The notes: generated by a model from the sequence alone, not told the origin. DNA of 63,050 bases from Octopus bimaculoides (GCF_001194135.2 NC_068995.1:36511496-36574545); one strand, 5' to 3'. Positions 50,901 through 61,566 are shown, numbered from the stretch's first letter. Program-made: numbers and translations.

Positions 50901-53900
50901 ACAAACAAACAAAAAGAACGCAGTGTGAATAACGGACAGAGTCAAAACTATTGAAAAGGCTGCAAGACGCAAGAAAATTTTAGAAAAATAAAAAAGAAAT
51001 AAGTGGAAATTTTACCAGTGAGTGTGTTAAATTATAAAGCACTAAAAAAGAATGACTCTCCCCAGACACAACAGAATATGCTTCAATACACAAACTTACA
51101 TAAAGAATCTTGCAAACCAAATCCAAATATACACACACACGATGGGCTTCTTTCAGTTTCTGTCTACCAAATCCACTCACAAGGCTTTGGTCGGTGCGAG
51201 GCTATAGTGGAAGGCGCTTACCCCAGGTGCCATGCAGTGGCACTGACACCACCACCTGAAGAATTTTATATATTAAACCACTTAAAGAACTTTATATATT
51301 TTGCAATATAATCACATAGTTCACTCAATTTCCTGGATTTCATTCATGGAATACTTGTGTTGAACCATTTCCACAAGTCTTCTGTTAAATTTAAATCCAG
51401 GGATTGTAGTGACGACAGCAGTATTTCAATTGTCTTACTTTTGAGGAATTCTGTGATTATGTCTTTAATGTGCTTTGAATCATTGTCATGCTGGAAGATA
51501 TGTGACCCATCCAACTGATTTCAGAAGCATAGTCTTCTGCTAGATTTCCTGATAAACTATACAGTTCATAATGCTCTTGATTTGAGTATATATATGGCAC
51601 TGATCCCTTTTCAGACATGTAGCTCAAGCCATAACACTGGTTATACCCTCAGCCATTTGTGTCAAGCAAATTAAATTTTGATTCGTTGAACCACAAGATT
51701 ATTTTTTACTAGTCTGATGGTCATCGAAGAAGGAAATGAATATGAATGTCTTCTATTCTTTTTTTTTTTATTTTTTACTTCTTTCAGTCATTGGACTATG
51801 GCCATGCTGGGGCATTGCTTTGAAGGGTTAAGTGAAACAAATCAAGTCAAGAACTCATTAAGTCTGATACCAATTTTAACTGCCTCTTTTGCCAAGACAC
51901 TAAGTTATTAACATAAAGAAACTAACACTGGTTATTGAGCAGTGGCAGGGGGACAAACACAAACGCACATATATATATACTCAACAATATCAGCGCCAAG
52001 CAGTGACGAGGCATGTGCAAACTCTTGGTTTGCGATATGTTTCAACTCCCAAAAGTAAATTCACTACAGTTACCATGAAGAAAAAATTCTCTCTTACAGT
52101 AAAAGATGTAGCAAACCCAAAGTTCATGCATACACACATACATAACAGGCTTCTTTCAGGTTCTGCTTACCAAATTCACTCACAAGTTATTAGTCAGCCT
52201 GGGGCTATAATAGAAGACATTTGTTCAGGTTGTCACAGAGTGGGTCAGAACCCAGAACCATGAGGTTGGGAAACAGACTCCTTACCACAGAGCCATGCCT
52301 GCTTTTAAGAAAAGTATATGCTTTTTAATTTTTTATATGCACATGTCCCACAAACTCAAACTGCTTCAGTTAATTGTTGATGTTAGTAATACCAATCTAC
52401 ATGCAGTATTTCAGTTGAATGTCATTGAAAATGCCAACAGCAGTCATTTTCTTATTCTACATTGCCAAACTGTAAATGTAAAACCATCCTTTCAGTAAAT
52501 TTTCATAAACTGAAAAAATAGTAACTAGTTTCATTGAAAAGGCCTACATCATAGTGAGCAGTGTTTAGTGAGCATCCACCTTATGTAGTTATGGCTCAAA
52601 GAGTCTATCTCAGCTTATACAGATTAGTTTTCTTCATCTCTGATTAGCTTTCTTCATTTAGCCATCACAAGAAATCTTGGGATGGCACAATCAAGTAATT
52701 AATAATAAATAGAATAATATATTAAGTGAAGGTCTTACATATACAGAATATAACCTGAAATATTAAAAATTGAAATATTTTCCCCAATCTTCTTAAATTA
52801 AGTTCTGTTCATTTTCATGGTGTTATTAATATTATTGATCAGTACAGTAAGTTAGTTAATAGTTTCATTTTTAAACATATGAGTAAAAAAGTTTTTTCAT
52901 TCATAAATTGTTAAAATTGTAAGTGATAATAAGGCATTAAGATAATATGACTCTCCCCAGACACAAAATAAATAATTAACATTTATCTATGATTATTCCC
53001 TTCTGTTTAAATTGAAATCACTATATATTCATGTAAAATCATATTTAACATATCCAAATGCATTTGAATGTGAGAAGACCTGCTGCTGTTGAAATAGACC
53101 CAGAAGAAAATACTCCATTTTTAGGAGGAGAGTTTTTCACAGTAGAAGATCTTATGTTCAAATGCATTAACAAATATGATTTTACATGACTATATTTTAT
53201 TCAACGCTTACTCCGTTTTCTCTGCACTAGACTGAAAATGTACAATATATGTATCGTATGATTGCCAAAAGTGTACATTTAGTGACAATGTAATATTTGT
53301 AATCTTACAGACATGGACATCAAAAGCATAAAAGAAAAAAAAAGGGGACTGTCAACCCTTTAACATTAAGCAAAAAGTGTGGGAACTTGCAAGTTTGGGG
53401 AAAGAAAAAGAGATTCCTGGAGATTGGTATTTTGGTATGAGTGACAAAAACTAATCAGAAGATACGGATTTTACTTAAGTAATTTCCATTTGATAAAAGA
53501 AAAACTTTTTCAAGGACTTACTGACATACAAACATGTAAAACAATCCAACATAGATTAGTTTGCGAGTGGTTGGATGGGAGAGGGAAAGAGAGGAGCAGT
53601 AATTGTGGCCATGTGTGTGTGATAAAAAGAAGTTATATGCATTGGCATACACAAAACATTATTTATGCGGCGTGACATACAATCAGTTGGTGTTTGAATG
53701 CTATTTTCTGATGACTACAATAATGCTTATCTCATTAGCAAAAGCTTCACTGCCAAATTATAAATTTTAATTCACAAACACACACACACGCGCATGCGCC
53801 CATATACATAATATCAAGTTAATTTCGAAGCTCAAGACAATCAACTGAATATTTTAAAAACAAAATTCAAAACTAGATATAGTTTCAAGAAAACAGATAT

Positions 53901-56900
53901 CTAGGGGTATAGTTTTCACTAATGTTAACAACAAATGCAACAACAATCAGTAAGGGGCTTCAAACCCCACAAACAAGATTTTTCAAGAAACCAAACTAAA
54001 TTAACTAGAGATGGCTCTCAGAGAAAGGATTGTTTTTTTTTGTTTTCCTTTTTGACAATGGTCACTCCTGTAAGATTACTTTAATTAACAAACCAATTAA
54101 GAGGACTTGATAATAAAGCAGAAAAGAGGAAATCCTGTTGATCAACTTAATTGTTTGACAGTATACACAAACTTGAGAAAACAACTACTAACGAATTGAT
54201 AATGAGAAGAGAGGGGCAGATAGACAGAGAGACGGGGAAAAGAGAGAAAGAAAATTAGTAGGAATTTAAGTGTGCTACTTTTTAATTTTTGTTGTTGTTG
54301 TTGTAATTATGTATAAATCTACCAACAGTCTATGGTATTGCTACTGTAGTCATGGTTACAACAGTCTATAATATTGCTACCATAGTCATAGTAACAAGAG
54401 ACCGATATCACTCCTGTAGCCATGGTTACAATAAAGTTACCAACAGTCTTTAATAATGCGACTGTAGTCATGGTTACAGTAAAATTACCAACAGTCTATA
54501 ATAATGCTACTGTAACCATGGTTACAACAGATTACCTATCATCTGTAATAGCGCTTCTGTAACCATAGTTACAACAGAAAACTAATAACCTAAATGCTGT
54601 TATAGTCAAGGTTACAGTAAATTACCAACAGTCTTTAATAATGCTACTGTAGCCATGGTCACAGTAAAATTACCAACAGTCTATACTAATGCTACTGTAG
54701 CCATGGTTGCAACACACTCATTGTATATAACATTGCTACTAGTTCAGTTCACAGACTTCAAATTTACTGTACAAATAGATACAGTAGAACATTCTATTAA
54801 TTATTAAAACCTTTTCTATAGAAATTTAATTCCAATATATTAGTTCAAAATTTAACGAAGTACATGCAATTTATTAATATGAATTAGTGTTATTGAAAAC
54901 ATATTAAATTATTTAACTCTCTTAGAATACTGAAAATCATTTCTTAGTCAAGCATTTTTTTTTTGTGATGACATCATTTGCGAATCTGTAAGAGAAAAAT
55001 ATATAACTTCACATCGCAGCTGGAAGTGAGAAACAAACAGGCAGAAGACAAAAACAAGCAAAGCAGCAAACAATTCATCTTTGAAGAACCAAAAACTCAA
55101 GTATGGAAATATACTGAAAATAAATAACAGTAAATTTAAAATGCAGTAATTAAAAGAAAGAAAATTAATTACTTGTCGCATCTGGAGAATATTAAGGCAA
55201 TCTTGAAGACAATGAACAGTTGCAGAAGAAGTTGCTTTAAGGAGGAGCAGATCCTGGGAAAATAAAAATAAGAAAAATCAATCAATCAACACACACAAAC
55301 ACACACACAGGTATATCCACATTAGATGAAAAATGTAACAATCAATGCATGCAAGAGGAAATTACTTTAACTGGTATAGTTATGTGATGTGAAGAGATAT
55401 TGAATTATGGCTGAAAGAGTGCTTTGTGTTGACAATCAAGTCCACTCCACAGTTTATCACAACCACCACCATCACACTTCAATGAACTGTAGCTAAGTAC
55501 ACCTTGTTGCAAGTATTCAGAGCAGACTGGCTCTCAAAGAGTGCCTCCCACTGCAGTAACCAATGAGTTGTACCAAATTTTCCAGCATACATGTCCAATT
55601 TTTTCAGATCAAAATTTACAGCCAATTAAAGTAAGTTGACTTATACCCCAAGACAACTTTGGAAGGCCAAAATTTCCATGTGAAATGCAGCAGGATTTGG
55701 AAAGATACTGACAGTGTTTGAATGTTTACACTTCATATACTTCATAGAGCTGCATGCCAGAAAATACTGTAGTTTCTTCCTCTCTTTCCTCGCTATCAGG
55801 TCTTTGGTGGGTGTCTTTTCTCCTTTGTTTAAATCATACAACAATGATTAAACATGGCAAAGTTTAGCTGAAGAAGTTCTACAATCAGTTCAACAATGGT
55901 GGGCCTTTATAAACAAGGCGCCACAGGCTCAAGAATTTGTACATTCTAATAAATTTTACCATTCCTTTCCTCCTTCCATTTACCTGTTCACACACCCTTC
56001 AAAAAGAATTTCGTTGACACAAGTATTCCATACACACAATAACCGTTATTTGTATAATTTTCACATTATCAAGTATTGTCCATACTTTTAAGGATTATAC
56101 ACGATGAAATCCTCTATCAGCAGATTGAACACCATGTATCACCTTCTTTCTTGTGTTCATCATCATCATTTGATATCTATGTTCCATGCTGGCATGAGTT
56201 GGCCAGTTTGACAGAATCTGATAGGTCCAAAGGAGTGCATTGTGCTCCAGTATTTTTAAATCTGTCCAATTCTTGATATTATCCACCAGAGAATTCTTTA
56301 CCTCGCTTTTGAGCAATTTTAGCTTCTGGAATCAATAAGCCATTAAAAGCAAATTAAGATGGTCAAAATATTTTAGTTTTCACTCTAATGGTGTCTAATT
56401 ATACACAGAATTTGAAGTTGTTGCCATTCTTAGTACTTCATCACTGGTTTTGAGTTTTGTCCATAATATTCTCTAAAGACTTCTGCCAGGGATACAGCAA
56501 AGCCATGGAACTGCAGCATGGTGGATCATGAAGAAGTAATGGAAGAGCTCAACTGAGATAGAGGTGCTTCTTACACAGAAGCTGAGCAGAGGGATCCGAG
56601 AAGATCAATGGTAAGGATCACCTAACTCTATCAAGAGAGTAACTGGAATGCATCCATAGGGGTGGAATCCACACCAGCAGTAAGCAAAAAGAAAAGAAAG
56701 AAAAAAGGTACTCCTGTTAATATCCATATTTTAGCTCCGTATAGTAGAATAAACCATACATAACACTTGAATAATTTTTTCCTAAAGACGAAACACAAAG
56801 TTTTCAGCATCAATACTTCTGAGCAATGTAAAGCACTGAATCAGTTATGATAAATCAACTTCTAGCTCATCACTACCCAACATACACAGCACTAGAAATT

Positions 56901-57906
56901 GTTTTCTCACACAGACATCTAACATCAGAGAAGTTGGAACTAAATGGTTTAGAGAGAGTTTACTTGGTGGTGAGGACTGTTGTTTAGCTACAATCAGTCT
57001 TGGTTGAGTGTATCTATAATAAAAAAGTGTCTGTCCCAGGCCACTCCACCTTTTTTTCTTCTTCTTTTTCAGGTACCCCGGACATTATCTAATGCAATTT
57101 TTAAAACGCAGATGGTGATATATAATTTGAAAGAGACTTAGCTAATATTTCTAGCAAAATTTTGCAACCACAAAGGGGCTGCCTCACTGAGGCATTAGTA
57201 AGTGATTGTGGTGGTCATACATTAATTATATCAGTATTTCAACAAAAAGCATATAGTTTTTCTAAGGAACAATGTTAGATTTTTTCAAGCTACAGTATTA
57301 TTAGTTTTCTAATTAAAATCATTCCATTTTATAGCCATTTAAACACACCAGTACTGTTAGGAATAAATAGTAATTATCTGCATCTTTTAGGGACCCTGTA
57401 GAATTCTTTAGGCTGCATGTTGTTTTTGAGAAAGTACGTTGTTTTCTCAGATTTTCATTTATCAGATATTTAGATAAAATTGCAGGTTAACATAAGTTTC
57501 TTAAGCCAATGAAGGCGCCTGTAGGTGACTACTCAACCTACTAGAAAAATCAACCAAATTCTCCTTAAAGTACACACTGTCTTATTTTTATATAAAAAAG
57601 GACATATTGGATATTGTAGGCTAGGATAGGACACAGTATATGAAAAACAAAAAAAAAGACGGGATATACAGAGATCAAAAATTAAACTCACACTTTGATT
57701 CACCAAAACTATCATCAAAATATTTGACCAAGGACATGAAACAAGCAAATAATAAAGACTATTAAAACAAAATAATTAAAATAATTAGTTTTATCTCCTC
57801 TGTCAAAAGAAAATTATAAAGCAGGGTTAATACAGAATAATATGTAAATAGAAGTAAAAATTACCTTATCAATTCCATTAATATATTGCCCAGAATGTGG
57901 AAGTTC
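18825..57906 (-). CDS. OSBPL11: Oxysterol-binding protein-related protein 10/11-like, partial (coiled-coil, linker and complete ORD), 14 exons
   Basis: Exons join in frame with GT-AG sites (total 1845 nt). Motifs [72 protein letters not shown] and ESRRLW are characteristic of ORP9/10/11; the LGAVEE and DLLLLKATS segments point to ORP10/11. Confidence 0.92.
19318..19523 (+). mobile_element. piggyBac-like MITE (TTAA|CCCT ... AGGG|TTAA)
   Basis: TTAA at both ends with CCCT/AGGG termini; related copies at 25175, 33180 and 48372. Confidence 0.75.
20006..20225. mobile_element. Mariner-like MITE
   Basis: TIR GCTGAATAGTTCCTGGCTTT / AAAGCCAGGACACTTTTCAGC; partial second copy at about 25530-25685. 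Confidence 0.7.
20263..20328 (-). CDS. OSBPL11: OSBPL11 exon [22 protein letters not shown]
   Basis: 66 nt, phase 0/0; conserved LExRQR. Confidence 0.92.
20841..21002 (-). CDS. OSBPL11: OSBPL11 exon GETKTIDV...[10 protein letters not shown]...ATEHKKF
   Basis: 162 nt, phase 0/0; GTGAGT donor. Confidence 0.95.
21140..21450 (+). mobile_element. RTE LINE 3' fragment
   Basis: [15 protein letters not shown] followed by the RTE-type tail. Confidence 0.8.
21440..21850 (-). mobile_element. Head-to-tail array of about three degenerate SINEs
   Basis: Repeated (A/T)TTCTGC..GC...TAATAATAATGGTTTC junctions. Confidence 0.65.
22419..22535 (-). CDS. OSBPL11: OSBPL11 exon [15 protein letters not shown]...[14 protein letters not shown]
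   Basis: 117 nt, phase 0/0. Confidence 0.95.
24316..24476 (-). CDS. OSBPL11: OSBPL11 exon [11 protein letters not shown]...[14 protein letters not shown]...TFHTK
   Basis: 161 nt, phase 1/0; GTATGT donor. Confidence 0.95.
25175..25403 (+). mobile_element. piggyBac-like MITE
   Basis: TTAACCCTTTAG ... GCTAAAGGGTTAA. Confidence 0.8.
26615..27000 (-). mobile_element. tRNA-SINE containing an N gap
   Basis: Same family as 17583. Confidence 0.8.
27808..28040 (+). mobile_element. hAT-like MITE, truncated
   Basis: Aligns to the first ~200 nt of 32801-33152. Confidence 0.75.
28080..28260 (+). mobile_element. SINE 3' part, inverted relative to 26615
   Basis: Its reverse complement aligns to 26615-26790. 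Confidence 0.85.
29103..29213 (-). CDS. OSBPL11: OSBPL11 exon (I)[10 protein letters not shown]...[19 protein letters not shown]
   Basis: 111 nt, phase 1/1; GTAAGC donor; the proximal TAG acceptor restores HHPP-ISA-FY. Confidence 0.93.
29894..29935 (+). ncRNA. Minimal type-I hammerhead ribozyme relic (G12A)
   Basis: ATAAAC-CTGATGA-GTGT-gtaat-GCAC-AAAA-GTAC-T-A-GTTTAT. Confidence 0.7.
30110..30935 (-). mobile_element. RTE LINE ORF2 C-terminal fragments, two diverged tandem segments
   Basis: [12 protein letters not shown] and MLHGSETW motifs in ORF 30119-30433; 30471-30625 recurs at 30781-30935. Confidence 0.85.
31122..31299 (-). CDS. OSBPL11: OSBPL11 exon [20 protein letters not shown]...EQVSHHPP
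   Basis: 178 nt, phase 0/1; contains the OSBP fingerprint EQVSHHPP. Confidence 0.97.
31725..31806 (-). CDS. OSBPL11: OSBPL11 exon [27 protein letters not shown]
   Basis: 82 nt, phase 2/0. Confidence 0.95.
32801..33152. mobile_element. hAT (Charlie-like) MITE
   Basis: TIR CAGAGGTTCTCAACC / GGTTGAGAACCACTG; degenerate 8-bp TSD TCATAGAT / CCCTAGAT. Confidence 0.85.
33180..33371 (-). mobile_element. piggyBac-like MITE, inverted copy
   Basis: TTAA ends; reverse complement aligns to the 25175 copy. Confidence 0.8.
33494..33546. repeat. (GT)n microsatellite just downstream of a splice donor
   Basis: Read directly from the sequence. Confidence 0.95.
33563..33648 (-). CDS. OSBPL11: OSBPL11 exon [28 protein letters not shown](K)
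   Basis: 86 nt, phase 0/2; GTAAGT donor. Confidence 0.97.
34454..34587 (-). CDS. OSBPL11: OSBPL11 exon [44 protein letters not shown]
   Basis: 134 nt, phase 1/0. Confidence 0.96.
34635..34910 (+). mobile_element. RTE LINE fragment
   Basis: Translates to [16 protein letters not shown]...LERNE, homologous to ORF 30119-30433. Confidence 0.8.
35545..35875 (-). mobile_element. tRNA-SINE (GGAAGACCAGCAGTCGCC family)
   Basis: Near-colinear with 59080-59412. Confidence 0.8.
37532..37779 (-). CDS. OSBPL11: OSBPL11 linker exon PPSMSLAKQ...MMDKKCD(G)
   Basis: 248 nt open frame, S/Q/T-rich; GTAAGT donor with phase matching the next exon; acceptor GAAG follows a long pyrimidine tract. Confidence 0.85.
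37925..37993. repeat. (TA)n microsatellite
   Basis: Read directly from the sequence. Confidence 0.95.
38137..38182 (+). ncRNA. Type-I hammerhead ribozyme fold (U4C variant)
   Basis: GTCA-CCGATGA-AGATT-gatta-AATCT-GAAA-TC-agcaca-GA-T-A-TGAC. Confidence 0.65.
38575..38710 (+). ncRNA. Type-I hammerhead ribozyme fold with a long loop II (G at position 17)
   Basis: AAATCT-CTGAAGA-GGCCTAGTG...CGCTAGGCC-GAAA-CAGCTG-T-G-AGATTT. Confidence 0.8.
40886..41040 (+). mobile_element. Solo copy of the Penelope-like terminal repeat (GACTCTCCCCAGACACAAC family)
   Basis: Aligns to 50930-51071; a further fragment lies at 52945-52966. Confidence 0.7.
43770..44530 (-). mobile_element. Head-to-tail array of several degenerate SINEs
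   Basis: Recurring GGATGAAAGGCAAAG...TGAACT(C/T)AGAA(C/T) modules. Confidence 0.65.
46560..46900 (+). mobile_element. Degenerate RTE reverse-transcriptase fragment
   Basis: VGVGQDSVL and ELLYSDDL resemble RT motifs. Confidence 0.6.
48372..48589 (+). mobile_element. piggyBac-like MITE
   Basis: TTAACCCTTTGGCATTCAGA ... GCTAAAAGGTTAA. Confidence 0.8.
49581..51071 (-). mobile_element. 5'-truncated Penelope-like element with inverted terminal repeats (pseudo-LTRs)
   Basis: Repeats of about 190 nt at 49581-49755 and 50870-51071 lie in inverted orientation around a GIY-YIG endonuclease relic. Confidence 0.8.
50253..50860 (-). pseudogene. GIY-YIG endonuclease domain of a Penelope-like ORF
   Basis: VVYSIRC...[15 protein letters not shown], then a frameshift into ...[17 protein letters not shown]; Cys-rich linker upstream. 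Confidence 0.85.
51362..51496 (-). pseudogene. Tc1 DD34E transposase catalytic fragment
   Basis: FQHDNDSKH...[12 protein letters not shown], with 34 residues between D and E. Confidence 0.85.
53212..53231 (-). CDS. OSBPL11: Predicted 20-nt OSBPL11 microexon SSAEKT(E)
   Basis: CATTTTCAG|TCTAGTGCAGAGAAAACGGA|GTAAGC; phase 0/2 bridges the flanking exons exactly. Confidence 0.7.
54315..54713. repeat. Minisatellite, about 48-bp unit, about 9 diverged copies
   Basis: Unit AAATTACCAACAGTCTATAATAATGCTACTGTAGCCATGGTTACAGTA. Confidence 0.9.
55173..55253 (-). CDS. OSBPL11: OSBPL11 exon [27 protein letters not shown]
   Basis: 81 nt, phase 0/0; resembles the ORP10/11 coiled-coil end. Confidence 0.93.
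56631..56813 (-). mobile_element. RTE LINE fragment
   Basis: [20 protein letters not shown] motif. Confidence 0.7.
57865..57906 (-). CDS. OSBPL11: OSBPL11 exon [14 protein letters not shown]
   Basis: 42 nt, phase 0/0; strong acceptor; positionally matches the segment preceding DLL.LKATS. Confidence 0.8.
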
Positions 57907-59079
57907 CTACAAAAAAGAGAAAGAGATAGCAAAATTTTAAAAGAGTTATTGCTTTACAAGTGAACTCACTCTGAAATCAAGTGGATTGTACATCATGTTT
58001 GTAATAATTTAAACAAAACAGACACTCTATGAGGCTAAGAATAATTGCAGTGGGGGGAGGGGAAATAACACAAATACAGGTAGAGAAAATAGACTGTCAT
58101 TTTTTCATTCAGCTCATATAAGAGCTGGCATATTAATTGCTTTTGTTAAATATCCGAAGTTGATAAAGATATTAAAGCAAGACACAGGGCACATTTGATG
58201 ATGGTTATCCAGTCACTACCATGAGAACCACTAAGTGTTGGAACACTTGATCAGAACAAGACTTGTAATGCTTTCTTATGCTTCCAAGTGGTAATGTAAA
58301 CTAATATCTATAGTTTTAAATACGTACACATACACACAATCATACACATGTGAACAAATAGAGACAAGTCAATGAGAGCTTACACAAGATCACTCAACTT
58401 GCTATAAACAGAGGACAAACCTCACTCAAATCCCACACATAAACCCTTAACTAACGGATACTTTAGATAATGTAATCCTACATAACACCAGAAAAATACA
58501 GGACAGTAACAGTTGGAATGCTTTTAATCATAAGTCAGCTTGATCAGAGTTGACTTGGGACTAAAGAATAATGGCAAATAGAAACCAAAGTCTGGGGTTC
58601 ATATTCTTCCCCAAACAATGTTATTTTTATGGTTAATATATTTAACTTTCAAGTGGCTCAGTCAACTTAGCTGTAAAATAGCTACTTTAGAGCAAGACCA
58701 ATTGGTTGCTATAAACAGCTGTATTTTGTTAACTTTCAGAGCTGAATTTAATTACTACCATAAATATAGCTTGTCATATATCCCCATGAAGTGCAGACAA
58801 CCATATTTAATGTGGTGATTTGAAAATATCTTTAATCAATTGTAATTATAATCACCAAATTAAAAGTTATTAGAGTCAAGGGAGTGAACTCAAGATTTTC
58901 GTCAACCAAAGAATTGAATGAAATATGTAAGGTGAGGATGGGGGTTCCTAATCTTTGATAGCTGTGGTAAAACCTTCAGAAATGTTCTGGTTGCAATGGA
59001 TCTCTGCAGCTCAGTATAGTTCATTCGTAACTGCTAAGTCCTCACGATAACTCATAGGTATATTGTATAAAAAGGGTAA

Positions 59080-59412
59080 AAACCCCCTTCAGTCATGAAT
59101 AACCATGGGATAACACCTAAAAAGTTACTCTTCAAGGCACAAGTCCAGGCAAGGTTGTTTATGGAAGACCAGCAGTCGCCCATGCATACCAGCCTCCCCC
59201 CTCCATGCCATCGATATTATCCAAGAGAAAGGCAAAGGCTGATACAGCCTGGCACCAGTGATATCACAACTCGTTTCTACAGCTGAGTGAACTGGAGCAA
59301 CATGAAATGAAGTGTCTTGCTCAAGAACACAACACACAACCCAGTCCAGGAATTGAACCCACTACCTTATGATTGTGAACCCGATACTAACCACCAAGCC
59401 ATGCACCTTCAC
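59080..59412 (-). mobile_element. tRNA-SINE
   Basis: Same family as 35545. Confidence 0.8.
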
Positions 59413-60911
59413 AGGTATATTGCAACATAAATATACTGTGTATAGCATGTGCATGTGTAGTTAGATGTATAACTATTACTGTATGGTTTAGAGCTCCACA
59501 TAGATTATCCAAGTGGATAATGATAATTATCATTATTCACTCGGCTTTCAGTATAATGGTTAGTCAACCACTGTACTTAGCAGTCTTACTAATTATGACA
59601 TATAGAGCACACATAAAAAAACCAGTATAAATACATTTCACCACTGCAATTATTTGGAACTTAGCATTGGATGGTTCAAATGCATTTGGATGCTTAATTA
59701 GGAACTAAACTGGTTTTCATCTTAATTTTCACACACATACACACATCATTATTATCATCATCATTTAGCATTCGTTTTCCATGCTGGCATGGGTTGAATG
59801 GTTTGATTGGAACTGGTAAGCTGGAGAGCTATACCAGACTCCAGTCTGGTTTGGCTTGGTTTCTCTGCCCTTCCTAACACCAACCACTCTAAAATAGTAG
59901 TGTAGCATGAGTTCCTTTTATGTGTGATTTCACTTGCCTTGATGTGTCTTCTCAAGCATGTGTGTGTGTGTGTAATACAAATATATTGTAACATAGATAT
60001 AGGGTTTAACTTTGATAAATTGGGGGTAAAACCAATTTTCTCATAAGACAAATTTATAATATGTAAAAATTTCTTAAGATATGTTTTCTGCATGAATATG
60101 GTGAGTTGAAAAGTTTGTAAATGGACTGATACACTGAGATGGTCTGGTGAGACTGAAACATAGCCAGCTGTGATACTATGGCTATCAAAGACAAAACTTT
60201 CTTCCTACAGTATGTTTCTATTTAGTTTGTAGTTGAGTGAAGTTTATGGAGTGCTCTCCCTTGCCTCTTTGAGAATTTTAATGTTTGACTTTTCATAAGT
60301 TATGACTATTTAAATGTTTCTTTTACTGTTACATGTTTCAGTCATTGGATCGAGGTCATGTCGGGACACCACCCTGATGGGTTTAGTCAAACAAATATTC
60401 CCTAGTACCTATTTTCTAAAAGCCTGGCACTTATTCTATCAATTTCTTTTCTCAAATTGCTAAGTTACAGGGACATAAACAAACCAACGCCAGTTGAGTG
60501 GTGGTAGACAAACACAAATCCAAAGACACACACACACGTGATGTGCTTCTTTCAGTTTCTACCAATCAAATCCACTCATAAGGCTTTGGTTGGCATGGAG
60601 ACGTGCTGGGCCTTGGCTCATTTAGCACTGGGTTCTACAGAAAGAATATATTTTAAAATTTTATTTGTTTTATTTATTATTGCAGTCTGCATGGGGTTTT
60701 TGCATAAGTAATATATAAGTATATATTACATATAATATATAAGTATATTTTTATATGTAATAATTAAATTAATTTTATATGTAATATGTATTTGTTTTGC
60801 AAGATTCTTGATGTGAAATCATGTGTTGAAATAGATGTTTTACTTGGGGATGGTCATATTTTGCCAACTAAACACATGCACTATGTATTTGGTTTTCCAT
60901 TCAGCTTTATT

Positions 60912-61120
60912 ATTATTTTAGTTTCTTTATCAAAGCTCTTTTATCACACATCCTGTGACCCCTTCAGCAACTCATTATTCCATGTGTCTCAGCCCATTCT
61001 GCTAATTCTATTTTGTGGAACAAGCAGTACAGGAGGAAGGAGACGTGGCATATAGATTCACTGAAGAGGTCACTAGATAGATATATGATGAAAGAGCTTT
61101 GATAAAGAAACTAAAATAAT
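60912..61120. repeat. 35-bp inverted repeat (34/35 identity) overlapping two opposed hammerhead relics
   Basis: Arms at 60912-60946 and 61086-61120. Confidence 0.9.
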
Positions 61121-61566
61121 GATATTAAATTATATATTATGCATTTATTGTGTTTTGTTATGCACTGTAACCTCTTGGCCTGTGGGAAAATTGTATTTCA
61201 TGAAACTGGTCTGTAATGTAATAAAGGTTAGGGGATCACCGTTCTCAAACACAAATGAGTTAGTGACAGAAAGAGGCGAGGGTTACATCATTTAAAAGTG
61301 AAGTTGTCAAGTAAAATGATATTTTGTAGAAAACAGAATTGCTTTAATAATGAACACAGCCATCAGTCAGAAGAGAATGATATCCAAAAGATTGTGGCAT
61401 GTGTGCGAGTTCAAAGAGTAGGATCAGATTGTGGAAACTGACCCTCACTTTAAAACTAAATGTGCAGGCAAGAAGAAAAATCCTGCAGCATCAAAGATCA
61501 GTTTACATAACTACTTAAGGGTATGCCGCTTTTGCTCCTCATCATCATACTGTTTGCTAACAATAA

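Noticed and set aside
54315-54713. CRISPR-like appearance of the repeat array
   Set aside because: No unique spacers, no cas genes, eukaryotic intron; it is a minisatellite.
60135-60190. CTGAGA-T-GGTCT..AGACT-GAAAC hammerhead-like motif
   Set aside because: The core lacks a base, and stems I and III with the U-H site cannot be formed.
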